A stretch of DNA of 63,732 nt, filler included, from Reclinomonas americana ATCC 50394 (lineage: Eukaryota): the NCBI GenBank assembly GCA_048213135.1. It is 16 parts of 16 records of this genome, joined end to end, with 100 filler letters (N's around TTAATTAATTAA, not from the genome) between each part and the next. Parts side by side here need not be neighbours in the genome. Positions count along the whole stretch, not along the records: positions 9,553 to 16,474 come from AFZH01017995.1; positions 16,575 to 23,609 come from AFZH01017997.1; positions 23,710 to 37,373 come from AFZH01017998.1; 13 more parts are not named here. One strand, written 5' to 3'. Position 1 is the first letter of the stretch. Each line of letters opens with the position of its first letter. The notes beneath the pieces are model-generated. The model was not told the DNA's origin and did no database searches. It worked only from the letters and a program-made list of their open reading frames with translations. This document shows, piece by piece, positions 12,182-28,671 of this stretch. The translations under genes and the position numbers were made by a program.

Positions 12182-14549
12182 TTGATGGAGGTGATGTGGA
12201 TGCTCTGTTGGCGACACCGCGACTGCCGCGCAGTGCGTCGGTCAAGGAGTCGGCGGAGGAGTGGCGTCGCGTGGGCGGTCTCCTCGCTGCACTGCATCGT
12301 GTGAATCGGCAGTCGCAGAAGCGTGGGACTCGCAGTGCGGATGTCTCGGAAAACGACGACGATGACGATTATGACGATGATGATGGCGATGGCGACAACT
12401 TGAGTAACACGGGCCTGGTCGGGCAGGAGCGTGCGAAGCCTCGCGACATTCACCCGCACCATCGCTCCATGCACTTGGCGTCGTCGGCGCCGGCAAAGGG
12501 TGTCTCGGGCATCATGACGGCGACGCGCAATGGTGTGGCCTCGGTTCCGAACTTTGGCGGGCACAACGACAGCGGGTACTCGTTGCTCGAGGCGCTCGAC
12601 ATTTTGCCGCACGACGAGGCCGGCACCGAGTACGGCGATGGCGACAGCTCGCGCTCCGTCAATGTGAACAAGCCGCCAGAGGGCCTGCTCGGCAAGATCG
12701 ATCGCTTCTTTGCCATCTCCGCCCGACGCAGCACCATTGTCACCGAGATCATTGGTGGCGCCACCAATTTCCTCGCCACCTTTTGTTGCGTCGCTCTTGC
12801 CAGTCCCTCCTGTCTCTGCCTCTCACTCACTCCACTACGTTAGTTGTCATTCGACGAACGGTGGAACGTGTGTCGCTCATCGGCATGCCGGCCGATGCCA
12901 CGCAAGTCTCCACGGCGGTCATCTCTGGCATCTCGTGCATCCTCATGGGAGTGTTCGGCAATGCCCCGTTTGTGCTGACTGTCGGTGGCGATCCCACGGT
13001 GGTGCGGCATTGCCTTTCCATCTGTCTCTCTCTCCCCTCCCTGACTCAACAATCGCCACACAGTTTTTCGTCTCTCGCCTCGTGCAGCAGCTCGGCTACA
13101 CGTGGCAACAGGCCCTCGCCATGACGTTTCTGCAGGGCCTGCTATTATTCGTGTTTGGGGTTTGTCGCTCGCGCCTGTCTTCCCGGGTGCCATCCGTGCC
13201 GTCACTCATCCTCCGGTGCAGTACGGTATTCGTTCGTACCTCATGCGGGCATTCCCGCGTGAGATCCGCATCGGCATCAATGTCGGCTCGGCGCTGCTGC
13301 TCGGTCTCAGCGGCCTCCGTGTGATGGGCTTTGTCGATCCAGTCGGCATTGACGATCCACCCACGTATACGTATCAGTTGCGTGCGGGTGCCCCTACCCC
13401 TACTTCTATCGTTTGTTGCTGGTTGTGTTTGCCGCGTACTTAGCCCATATGCCAGGGTATTACTGGCGACGGCAACACTCGTGCTCGTGGTGTACCTCTT
13501 CAACTTCCTGGCCGAGCTCGGCACTTCCCCCGTGCGTCGCATCATAGGGCGACTGTCGGTGATTATTGGTGCGCTCGCCTGCACTGTCGTGTCGATCATC
13601 ATATGGGCGGCTGCGCCGTCGGAGCGGCATTTCTTGTCGACCCCATTCAACAACTTCTCGTGGTCCATGTCGGCCATTGCCTTCAAGCTGGACTTCAACT
13701 TTCCCAACCCCCGGTTCATTCTCTACGTCGTTGCGTTGGCCCCTCCCCCCTTCGTCACTATCGATGTCTCGTGCGGAGCTGACGCCATTCTCTTCTGTGC
13801 AACAATCATCAGCTGGCCATGCTCGGTCTGTTGTTTCTGAGTGCACTGGGCACGCTGCTCGGCTGCTCTCAGCTGTTCCCGTTGTCGCGTGGTGACGGCG
13901 GTCGCGAACTGAAACTGTACGAGACGGCCGATCGTGTGCGACGGATCATGCAAATCACCGGCTTTGCCACCATGTTCTCGTCGGCACTCGGCATGCCGGC
14001 GGCGGTACCCTATGTCGACTCCACCGTCGGCATCCTGATGGGTGCACGCACGGGCCTCTGCTCGGTTTGCGTCGTCGTCGTCGTCACGCAAACACATCTC
14101 CTGCTGTGGCAAGTTGGGAAGCTGACCTCCTCGTCGCAGATTGTCACCGGCCTGCTCTTCCTGCTGTGGATCCCACTGCAGAATTTGTTCGAGTTGATCC
14201 CGCGATACTCGGTCGGCGCCGCGTACGTACTGCTGAACGCCATTATGATTATTCCTATTCGCCGTTGCGTGTGTGTGCGCGCACCCCTTCCGTGCACGAG
14301 AACTGAGTGTGATGGGGTCCGCTGCTCGCAGAGCTGCGACCGTCAGTGTCGGACTGTGTGCCATTCCTCTTTGTGGTGCTGCTGATTCCGTCGGTCCGCA
14401 ACATTGGCACGGGCACGGCCATTGGCTATGCGTTGTACTTTCTGTACTCGTTGTTCAGTCGACGTGGCGGCATTGCCACGTTGCGCACACCAGGCAAAGT
14501 CGTAATCTTCCTCATTTGTTGCATTCAGATTGCATCGCTTGACATATGA
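11778..14549 (+). CDS. AzgA-like (NCS2) purine permease with a long acidic/low-complexity N-terminus
   Basis: IDRFFAISARRSTIVTEIIGGATNFL, ILMGVFGNAPF, LGYTWQQALAMTFLQGLL, IRSYLMRAFPREIRIGI and GARTGL; many TM segments. Start inferred from an in-frame upstream exon. Confidence 0.85.
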
Positions 14550-14640
14550 TGACACAAAACAAAACTTGTTAAACAAAAAACAAACAGCAAATGTATACTG
14601 ATTAGTGCTGATAACCATTAGTTGTCCTCCTCCTTCTTTT

Positions 14641-15999
14641 TCATGGTCTCCGACCTCGCGATGAGTTGGTGGCCGACGGGCCCGAGAAGTACGGCATCAT
14701 GCTTGCAGATCTCGGCGACGCGTCCTGCAACTCGAACGCCGGTGCACCGGCCGGCATCATTCGCGCCTCCAGTTCCGGCGCAGGCAGGTTGAACCTGGCA
14801 TTGGCACCCAACTCCGCATCATGACCGGTCGACGAGGGTGTCGACGTGCCTCGGGAGGCCGTAGCACTCTTGGAGGAGAGCGGTGTGCTCTCCGTGTAAT
14901 CGTCCAGGGCGTCGTACTCGGCCGCGTGGTCCTTGCCAGAGGCACCGCTGCGCAGCATTTGCGGCATGTTCACCGGTCGCGGCTGCAGCACGTCGCCCAC
15001 CGACGTGGCCGTGGTGGTGGCAAAGAGAATCAGGATGAGTGTGTCCGGCAGCACTCTGTGTTTCATCGCGTTTGAGAGAGAGAGAGAGAGAGGAGAGAGG
15101 GAAGCCAAGGAGAATCACGCAACTCGGAAAGCACGTAGTAGCAGAGGAACACCCACACATTGGCGGCGTCGTGGAATCCTGCAAGCATGCTTGAGAATGA
15201 TGTGCATGCCGTGAGCTGGGAAAGCACATGGCACGCACCGACAATCACGATAACACCACGCGCCACTAGCGCCAGCGAGCACGATCCCGCGATGATCGCC
15301 ACCTTCAGCACAAACACTCGCTTGATCTGCAACTTGATGACACGCGTGTGCGGCGATCGATTGCACAGCAGCACCAGGCCGTAGACGACAAACAGCAAGG
15401 CCGCTCCAAAGTTACTCTGCGCAGACAAGGCGTGAGGCTCGTCGCAGTTGTTTGTCATATGCCAGTGCCACGCGACGCAACAATTGCAAAGCCAATTCGA
15501 AAGTACTGCAGTGCATCACGTCAGTCAAGGGGCGTCGAGAGACGGTGCGGGCAGAGTGGCGCGACAGGAAGAAGACGCAACATAACCGGCGATCGAGTTC
15601 ATGTCGTCATCTTCGTCTTTCTTCTCGCTGACCGACGTGTTGTAGACGATAATGGCCGTGAGATTGAGACAGTTGAGGAAGGCCAGAATGCCCACCGATA
15701 TGCGATAGGTGAACTCGGAGATGGAGACCAGCAGCTTGGCCATGGACATCCTGTTAATTGATGGATTGCACCAGTCGTGATGAACATCAACAACAAGGTC
15801 AAGTCCGTGCGCTGCGGAATCCCACACATACGCACCACATCTCCACCATGAGCGAGTAGTCCAGCAAGTAGATGCACGCGGGGAAGGTGCGGAAAAAGTC
15901 CCACGCGGGCGTCAAGTACACCTCGTCGAAGCCCTCCCATTTGGAGACACAGTTGACCTTGGCGCCCTGATAGTACCATGTAACAATGCGAACTGTGTA

Positions 16000-16030
<31 letters not shown>

Positions 16031-16372
16031 ACAGGAGAGAGGGAGGGTGTCAACATCAATTAGCAGACAGAGACTGCGTGAGTGCCGTGATCATCATCAT
16101 ATTTTCGCGCACACAGTGGAACATGTCACGCGCACGTGCTCTCCCATCACTCTTCCTGCTGCTCTTTGCCTTGAAGTGTGTGTGTGTGTCTCACTCTCTC
16201 TGTCTACACAACTGCATGTCTCTGAGAGCAGCGCCAGAAGGAAGATGACTCGTCGTCTCCAAATCGTGTGCTCATGGTGATATTCGCGGTACAACTGAGC
16301 CAGCACGGCCACAAAGAGACACGAGTAGAGACCGCCCAGGAAGTATGGGCCCACCACGTCCACACACGTCAT
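14641..16372 (-). CDS. Multi-pass membrane protein, THH1/TOM1/TOM3 (GPR137-like) family
   Basis: About seven hydrophobic segments: LGGLYSCLFVAVLAQL, FFRTFPACIYLLDYSLMVEMW, ALLFVVYG, KVAIIAGSCSLALVARG, YYVLSEVLPDTLILILF. Ser-rich tail; start uncertain. Confidence 0.65.
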
Positions 16373-16574
16373 CCTTTGCGCGCTCTCTCTCCCAGTGCTC
16401 TGTGCGCGGAGTTGTCCCGACACTGGGACGAACATCCATCATGTTTTACTTGATTGTGAAGGCGCCGGCTCTGCNNNNNNNNNNNNNNNNNNNNNNNNNN
16501 NNNNNNNNNNNNNNNNNNTTAATTAATTAANNNNNNNNNNNNNNNNNNNNNNNNNNNNNNNNNNNNNNNNNNNN

Positions 16575-17476
16575 CTCTCCCCCCTCTCCGTGAACGCAAC
16601 ATCGTTGCACCGAATGATGCAACAGCCACCGACGGCCAGGCCCACCACCAGATACACATCGACCGAGCCATCGGCACTGGCCTCACGCTGCACCGCCTGC
16701 AACGACGACACCTGACTGACGAAATCCAACTCGGCAAACTTGCTCAACGTCCACGCGCCCGCACGCTGCTCACTCTCCACCGTGTACACATACAGGTACC
16801 GATTGGCACTGCCAATCACAATATCCTTGCGCCCATGCACGCCCGTGTCGACCACCTGCATGCACGTCCCATTCGGCACCACTCGCCACGACACCACCGG
16901 ATGCATGGCCGCCGCCACTGGCATCCCATCGAACCCACCAGGCACCTGGAACACATACAGCATGCCCTCTGCTGTCAACACCATCACCGACAGCTGCCAC
17001 GAGTGCGCGTTTGAGTACGAGGCATATAGAGAACAAGCACAGTGGTGTGGAGACCTTGTCCTCGTACAACAGTGAATCGCATACAATGCATGTGATCTGG
17101 AGGCACACGAGTCGGTCTCTGTGACTGCACACACACACGTACAGGCATGAACGCGCGCAACTGTTCCGAGAGCGCGCGCCGACTGCCAACACTGTCGCAA
17201 CAGATACTTGTACACAAGCAGTGAGCCCTCTGCTGTGCCCACGACCAGTTCATTGCGCTGTTATGCAAGTGAGTGACATGTGTAGGAGGGGAGAACGCGC
17301 GCGCGTGTGTGCACTGAACTCCATCATTGTCGGCATCACACAAGACAAACGCCGACTGCACAATGGGCGCAGCAGGGAACTCAAGCTCCTCCTATTGGCA
17401 TGTAAGAGCACACAGACAGCACTTAGTGCATATCACGCACACAGACCTTGTCAAGCAGTGTCAGGCAGCGATCCAT
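16575..17476 (-). CDS. ITFG2: KICSTOR subunit ITFG2, 5' part
   Basis: Spliced N-terminus MDRCLTLLDKEELEF...AFVLCDADNDGRNELVVGTAEGSLLVYK...VLTAEGMLYVF...GRKDIVIGSANR parallels ITFG2 (LGDVDNDTLNELVVGD). Confidence 0.8.
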
Positions 17477-17655
17477 GCGCAATTCGGTGCTGCAGTCGCG
17501 TTGACTCACACTCATTGATAAATTTGTCTTGTTTGCATTGCGTGCGTGCGTGTGTGAGTGCACCACTCGCACTCTCTCTCTCTCTCCATGTGCGTGTGTG
17601 TGCATTGACTTACCCACATGTGTGTCTGTGTCTGTGTGTGTGCATTTGCAGCACC

Positions 17656-18441
17656 ATGATGATGCTACCGCTGTTGAAGACGGTTCTGCGACCGTTCTCG
17701 CTCGTGTACAACATGTTGGCGTCGGAGGTGAAGAACCTGCGTACGCCGTTCGCCACTCCGTCGGACCTGCCATGGTACCGCCGAGCAATCATCACGTACA
17801 AGAATCTGATTGAGTTCCGCGCGCCACTGATCACCACGGCGTCCACGATTGCCACCACGTACGTGCTGGGAGAGGGCGTGGCCGAGCTGATTGGGCAGGG
17901 GCACTTGGACTGGAAGCGACTGGCGGTGTTTGGAGTCTACGGCATGTTCTTGGGCGGGCCGGCGTACTTTTTCTGGTTCAAGTACCTCGACAAGGTTCCG
18001 GGTCAGTTGTTGGTGACGGGCGAGCGCTTCCGCAACTTTTACACAAGGAGCCTCGAGCGGTTCGTCTCCAACTTCCAGATCTCGGTGAATGGGCAGGTGG
18101 TGCCACCGTCGGCGGTGTCGTTCAAGTTCACCACCAAGCTCGCCATCAACAAGTGGATTGTGAAGGCCGCCAAGATTTGCATGGATCAGTTCATGTTCTC
18201 CTCCCTCTACACCCTCTTCATCATGGTCGCCATTGGCAAGATGACTGGCGAGAGCAACCACGACATCAAGGAGAAGGTGCGCGACAAGTACTGGACCATC
18301 TACAAGGCCGACTGCATTGTGTGGCCGCCGGCGCAGCTCATCAACTTCACCTACGTGCCACCACAACTCCAGCCCATCTACGTCAACGTACTCAACATTC
18401 TCTGGAACGCCTACCTCTCGTTCCAGCTGGGTGGGCACTGA
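17656..18441 (+). CDS. Mpv17/PMP22 family membrane protein, intronless CDS
   Basis: PLITTAS..LGEGVAE, DWKRLAVFGVYG..WFKYLD, KICMDQFMF, YKADCIVWPPAQLINFTYVP..YVNVLNILWNAYLS. Confidence 0.93.
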   Translation: MMMLPLLKTVLRPFSLVYNMLASEVKNLRTPFATPSDLPWYRRAIITYKNLIEFRAPLITTASTIATTYVLGEGVAELIGQGHLDWKRLAVFGVYGMFLGGPAYFFWFKYLDKVPGQLLVTGERFRNFYTRSLERFVSNFQISVNGQVVPPSAVSFKFTTKLAINKWIVKAAKICMDQFMFSSLYTLFIMVAIGKMTGESNHDIKEKVRDKYWTIYKADCIVWPPAQLINFTYVPPQLQPIYVNVLNILWNAYLSFQLGGH

Positions 18442-18822
18442 GCTGGCGGTGAGTGTCCATCCACCTTGTGTAAAACCTTGGGAACTGCAGATTCACAGAC
18501 TCACCGCCCCCCTTGTCGCAGTGCCTTCCTCCCCCCTCCTGCCCGTACACGGCAGAGAAGCACGGGGCCGCTGGGTGCGCTGTGCAGTTGCCACCGACCC
18601 CACGCAGACGAGAGCATGTCACTATGGTCGCACGGGAAACCCCAACCCCTATATACCTTCAATAAAGTTTGGGTTTTCTCGTGTGTGCTACACGTACTGC
18701 CGATGCATCTCCAGATGGCCATGTCATCGTTGGAGGTGCGTTCCACCCGTTTTCACGCGGAACACGTATTGGCTTGATTTTTCGCAAGTTTTTTTCGCTT
18801 GTTCTTCTCACGCGTGCATCAA

Positions 18823-20701
18823 ATGAGTTTTCTGCTGAGTGCCAAGTCTGCGGTGGAGGGCTGGATGCAGGATCATCCATGGCTGACTGTGGCCATCAGT
18901 GCAGCAGTCGCCGGTGCTGCAGCAGGCGGCTCCGTCTACAGCAAGCTGACTGGTGAGGCAGACACACACAGGTGCACATGTCGTCCCATGTCGCGCCTCT
19001 CGCTCACGCACTCTCTCGTGCCACAGAGACGCAAAAGACGCTGAAGGTCACGCGTGAGGTGCTCACCACGGCCAATGTCCGCGCCAAGGAATTCCGTGAT
19101 CGGGTGAGTCGCATGAGTGCGCTTGTGAGTGTGTGCCTCTCTCTCTGACACACACACACACACACACACACACAGACGGAGGCATTGGCCAAGATCTCTG
19201 GCGCCAATGTCAACATGGTGCCGTATGACACCACCCCACAGTATGACTTGGCGTACCTGGAGGCGCTGCGTGGAGGTCAGTGCATCTCACGCTGCAGATG
19301 CTTGTCTGTCTGTCTCTCATCACTCTGTGAGTGCAGCCAGTGACTTGGAGAAGTTCGAGGCGGCGTTTGATGTGCTGCGCGAGGTGCTGATGAAGGAGAT
19401 TGGGCAGTACGAGATCCCCGAGGATGCGATCACGTACATTCGTGAGATGTTTGACTACACGTCCAAGGGTGGTGCGTGGCCGTCTTGTCGCTCGCTCCCT
19501 TGCGTGCACGCGCGTGAGTTGACGCTTGTCTGGGGAATGCAGGCAAGATGAACCGCGGTCTGGCCGTGGTGCACACGATGAAGGCGATCCTCGGCCGTGA
19601 TTTGACCACGGAGGAGACCTTCAAGGCGCACGTGCTCGGCTGGGCGGTGGAGCTGGTGTGTCTCCTTGTTGTCCTCCTCCTCGTTCTTCCCCGCCGTTGC
19701 GATCCTGACCGCGAGTGCCATGCGTCGCAGCTGCAAGCGTTCTTCCTGGTGGCCGACGACGTGATGGATCAGTCGCCGACACGACGCGGTCGCCCGTGCT
19801 GGTACCGCGTGGACAAGATCGGTTTCAAGGCCATCAACGACTCGTTCATTCTCGAGTCGACCGTGTACCGGCTGCTGCGCAAGTTCTTCCGCACGGAGCC
19901 GTACTACGTGGCGCTCTTTGAGATCATGCAGGAGACGACGTATCAGACGGAGCTGGGCCAGTTGCTCGACCTCAGCTCCGAGCACCTCGACTACGACGAG
20001 TTCACACCAGAAATGTTGCGTCTGGCCACAGTGCAGTTCGTCGTATTGTTTTGGGTGTGGCCAACACGGCAAGCATGCAGGCACACAAACATTGTCAAGT
20101 ACAAGACGTCGTTCTACTCGTTCTACCTGCCCGTGGCGATGGCCATGCTGGCGACGGGACGCACGGAGAAGGCCGAGTTTGACACGGCGCGCGACATTCT
20201 CGTCGAGATGGGAGTCTACTTCCAGGTGCAGGACGACTACCTCGATTGCTACGCCGATCCGGAGGTACTGGGCAAGGTGAGGCTCGACGAGAATGCAGAG
20301 TGCCCGGTGTTTCGTTGTTTTTCTGACGAACAATCGTGCGGTGCAGGTCGGCACCGACATTGAGGATCGCAAGTGCTCGTGGCTGATTGTGCAGGCGCTG
20401 CCATTGTGCTCCGATGCACAACGCAGACGGCTCGAGGTGCGTGTGTGCAGAGGAGCGCTGCACCCTTCCCTCGTCACTCACTGCTCCTCCGCCTCCCCTG
20501 CAGGACAACTACGGCAAGAAGGATCGCGCGGCGGTGGCGCAGGTCAAGGCCGTGTACCGAGAGCTCAACCTGGAGCGTCTGTACGAGGAGTACGAGGCGC
20601 GCGTGTACAAGTCACTCACCGGCAAGATCAGCGGCGTCACCACGCTCCCACAAAAAGTGTTTACCATGTTCCTGGAGAAGATCTTCAAGCGCAGCAAGTA
20701 A
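18823..20701 (+). CDS. FDPS: Farnesyl diphosphate synthase with an N-terminal hydrophobic extension
   Basis: GGKMNRGL, FARM FFLVADDVMD, RRGRPCWY, QTELGQLLDL, KYKTSFYSFYLP, SARM YFQVQDDYLD, GKVGTDIEDRKCSW and C-terminal KIFKRSK. Confidence 0.96.
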
Positions 20702-20924
20702 TCGACTGCTCGCCGTCTGCCACTCACCTCTTGGTCGTTTTTTTACCCCCACCCACCCCACCCACCTTTCACACAAATAAACCACGCACTAGCACCACCA
20801 CCATCACCACCACCACTGAATAGCGCCTCACCGCGATGCACACTTTACCAAAGCGTGCAAACACTTCTGACCAGCCATTTGGGGAAAAAAGAATGAAGAA
20901 AGAGTTGTAGTAGAGAAACGAGGA

Positions 20925-21559
20925 TTACACGCGTGACGAGGATCCCGTCGTGGCCGCACCCTCATCATCTCCCTCCACGTCATACATCTCCGTGCCGCTT
21001 CCCAAGTCACCCTGCTCACGAGCCTCGCGCTGCATACACACACAGAAAGGAGTCAACCCACACTGCAGACGCGCTCACTACGCAGTAGCAGTGTGGACAC
21101 ACCTCGCGCTCAGCGCGGTGCCTCTTCTTGCACCAGTCCGACGTGGCCTGCGCCGTCGCAATGAAGATGAAGCTGAGAATGACCAGCGCCAGACCTAATG
21201 AATGCATCAGTTATGCATGAGCAAGTGTCATCGCAATGAGAGGGAGAGGGAGAGAGAGACTAACCGAGAATGATGTACACATAGGTCCAGGCTGTGTGTG
21301 ACCACATGCATGCAACAGAGTGTGAGTTGTCAACGCAAACAGCAACGGGACGAGTGAGACATGTCGTATGCGCGCAACTCTTGTTGTTGCCGTCTGCGCG
21401 CGCGTGCACAGAGACACACAAGGAGGAGAGAGCGCATCAGTGATATGATGTGCATTGCAGTTGGGCGCCAGTGTGTGTGTTTGACAACAAACCATCGGCC
21501 ATGGCGCTGCCGACCAGGCCAAACGCCGCCAGAGTGCCAAAGATGCTTCGCGGAGTCAT
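20925..21559 (-). CDS. Small (~105 aa) single-pass membrane protein with signal peptide
   Basis: Five exons joined by GT-AG introns: MTPRSIFGTLAAFGLVGSAMAD-DGNNKSCAHTTSWTYVYIILGLALVILSFIFIATAQ-ATSDWCKKRHR...SSSRV*. Confidence 0.6.
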
Positions 21560-21879
21560 TCTTCCAAAGGGAGCGAGAGAGAGAGGGGATAACAGAGAAG
21601 TGGGGGATAACGCGCGCGAGGAAACCCTGTGTGTGTGACGAGCATGTCCATGAGCACAAAAACATGCGCGACAAACACGCCCCCCACAGTCACACGCTAT
21701 CTCACACGGAATGCAACCACAGAGAGCACACACGCAGCATGCATGCACAAGAGGAGCAGGCGAGGGATGTGCCCTACTCACCTGCGTGACCCGTGTGACA
21801 GATTGGTGGCCGCGAGCCACGCAGCGATCTGTCCACGTAAACCGACTCTCGACTTGCGGCGGAGACTTCCATTGCTGAC

Positions 21880-25362
<3,483 letters not shown>

Positions 25363-25625
25363 TGCGTGTATCTCTTTCTCTCTCTCTCTCTCTCTTTTCG
25401 TTATTGTTGCTGCTGTTTTACTCTGATATTTTTGGTTGCTGTGCGTCGCTGGTTGATTGTCTCCATGCGATGCCGTGTACTCTGTTTAACAAAATAGTGA
25501 TGCCGAGAGCGTTGTGTGACGCTGCCGCGCATCCGCGAGATTCCTATGTCCCTCTCTCTCCTCCCTCCCCCGATGATAAACAACCGTTTTCGGAGATAAC
25601 AAGTTATACAATTGCGATTGGTGTT

Positions 25626-28213
25626 TCATGAGGGGTTGCGGGCGGCCACCGGCGGTGCAAAGTGCACATGACTGACAGTGCGACGCACAGACTGCACACG
25701 TTTCGGCGACAGCAGAATCGGTGGTATCACCTCCTCGGAGGCGGGAGTCAACACGGCCGGTAATGACTTGCTCCTGTCCGCGCGCTCTGGCGGCAGATTC
25801 ACCGTCACCTTCACCGGCTCATTGTCGCCCTTGCCATCGGCCAGTCGCAGCAAGTGCCGCCATTTCCGCAAGGCCACTGTGACGTAATGCGCGTGGTGAG
25901 GACGGGCGGGAACGAGAGCGAGAGAGACAGCACTCACCGCACGCCTTGAACAGCAAGTAGAATCGCGCGTACGCCACCCTGAACTGCGATCTGGAGAACT
26001 GCTGATCGCCACGATGATCCAGCGCTGCTCTCCGCCTCTCCCAGTGAGCTCACGGACACTCACAAGCAGCACACCACGCGCGCGCAACTCGTCAACGCCA
26101 CCGAGATAGCCTCTGCAGTCGGTCTCCACACACCCGTCTCCCCAGCCGCCGCACACTCGCTCTCATGCACCTGCAGAATGCTTTCATACACGCGACTCAG
26201 CGGCACCGTCGGCACCGCAGCATCGCTCTTGCCACCCTCCGCAGTCGCCTGCACGTGCTCCTCAAACACCTCCCGGATCCTGTCATCAAACAGTGGCGTA
26301 AAGCGCGTCTCTAGTGTCGCTCGCCGCACAGGTCCCAACACCAATGCCTGGAAGCCTACACAAGCACGCACGCACATCAGCACGTAACACCGCCAACAAC
26401 AGTCTGTCTTTCGCGCTCAACTGTGAGTCAACTCCAGCGCGCTCATGTTGTCGACCAATGCCTGTCGCAACACCGCATCTGGTCGCACTCTGTCTGTCAT
26501 GTTGTACACTATGTAGTCCTCCTCGCCCCACCCCGCACATGGACCGCTTAATGGCGGGAAGAGCGCGGAGAGCAGCGCGTGTGGATTGCGCAAGAGAGCG
26601 CGAGCGGCAATCGCCTCTTTGCTGCTGTTGCTGTTGTTGGCGCCTGTTGATTGCGTGTCTGCGCATACTGCGTCGGTGATGAAGTTGGCGGGTGCCTCAC
26701 AGGTGCAGGCCACTGCGCGCCCGCATGAGGCCTCGCTCCCCATTTGAGGGGTGAAAGGGGGGGTGAAATATCCATGCTCGCGCGTGAACCGTTTCTATCC
26801 GTTTCTTTACTGTAACATTGCGCTGCGTGCGTGTGTTTGTTGGTGATGCTCGCCAGCTGGCAGCGCAAGAGGCGTGTGACGAGGCGGAAGCGCAGCGGTG
26901 TTCGAATTGAGTGATCTGCGCAACATTCATTTCTGTCACTGCTTGCTGTAGCCGATCGGTGACTGCCCGTCGATTGCCGTCGGTGTGTGCCACTCCTCCA
27001 CCAGTCGCGTGGACATGCGGCGTGCGCTCAGCGCGATCTGCGTCTCGTAGGGGCGTCGGAAGGCGTCCACGACCAGCTGGTGGAATTCGTCGGCACTCAG
27101 CGGGGTGTCGCCGGCGCCGGCACCGTCGTCGCGCTCGTCTACAATGTCGGCGGCGGTCTCTTGCACTGCCTCCTCACTCGGCAGTCCCTCAAAGTGGCTC
27201 CAGTTGGCGTACAACACCTGCACGCGGCATGTCAGCCACTATGGCGACTGACTCGCTACATGCATGACGATCGACGCAACTCCAATGGCGTGCTGCACAT
27301 CGCCGGTGCCGATCGCGCCTCCAAACTCGCGTACCACCTCCTCAACTACCAGTGCTGTGAGCTCAAGAGACACACGCTTGCACAACAGTGGACTCACCAG
27401 CATCGGTAAACTCCGGCAACGAGAGCAGCAGCGGCGAGAACTCCACCTGCTTCACCTGCCGCTGCCGATCGTCTCCATCCTCGTACTCCTCGTCATCATC
27501 GACATCCTCATTGCCACTGTCCGGGCCCTCCAAGTCAGCCGGCACCTCCAGCTCGTCCTCAATGGGATCCAGCGGCGGTGGAGGCGCCGATCGCGACGAT
27601 GTGTGCCCCGACTCGCGACCTGCCGATGCTGCTCCTCCCTCATTACCTCCACCACCAAGACGCTCAGGTCCAGGCACCGCAGCACCCTGCACACCCCTCA
27701 GTCAATCACAATGCATTGGTATCAGTACGCATGCTGGGGTGTTTACCTCTTCCTCTTCCTCTTCCTCTTCTTCCTCTTCGTCCTCCGCCACCTCCTCTGG
27801 CACTGCTCGCGTGTCAGTTGCAACACGACACACACACTCTCTCTCTCTCTCACATGCACACACCATGCTGCGGCGGCAGTTGCTTGACAGGAGTGAGAGT
27901 CGCTTGTGGCAGCGGTTGTGCGACCACCTCTGGCATCTCCTGCTGCATCAGTGCCTTGACGTGCTTCTCTGCGGGGAATGGCAGTGCCTGTCCCGCACGC
28001 CATGCACAGTAGCTACGCACACACACACAAGAGTGAGTGCGTGTGTGTGAGATGAGGAGAGTGTGTGATGCGGAACTTTGCCAGATATCGATACGTGTCG
28101 ACGTGTGTGCGTGGAATGCGGGCTTTCATGGCCGCCTTTGTCAAGTCGTGCAGGCAGTCGGTGGTGGCCGCACGCACCGAGGTCGGCGACCAGGGACCTC
28201 CGCGCACATCCAT
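25626..28213 (-). CDS. Hypothetical multi-exon protein with an acidic linker
   Basis: Chain of exons from MDVRGGPWSPT.. through poly-E, QVEFSPLLLSL, VLYANWSHFEGLP, TPLFDDRIREVFEEH to ..ARNPS*. No family recognised. Confidence 0.6.
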
Positions 28214-28671
28214 TGTTTGTTGTTTGTGAAATAGAAAATCACACATCAAATTTCTTCACTAGCGTCCACAATATACACGCATACAACCAACCACACCCCG
28301 ACCCACTCACGTACGCACAGGCGCAACAAAGACAACGAGCAAAACAGGAGACACCAACGGAAGCAAGACACATTTCGGCTGCTGCACACACCACACACAC
28401 ACACACGAGACTAGAAAAAAACCAGCCACCATGACTGCATCGTCTTCGGCGCACAGCAGAGTGCACACACGAGGGTGCGACAACCAACCGTCGCACGCCC
28501 CGCGGACCCGCTGCACCAAAAGTCGACACACCAATAGACACACACTCTGACAGACGCAAAAAGTGGAAAGAGAGAGAAAGGAAGAAAAGGAAAAGGCTAG
28601 TTGCTTGGTTAAACTTGTGTACGTTCCGGCTCCCTCCACCACACGCAGACACACTGACGGACAAAGCTTGC

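Noticed and set aside
17665..18438. Long antisense ORFs over real genes (also 19455-20477, 48859-49788, 62875-63486)
   Set aside because: Shadow ORFs caused by GC-rich codon bias; no recognisable protein features.
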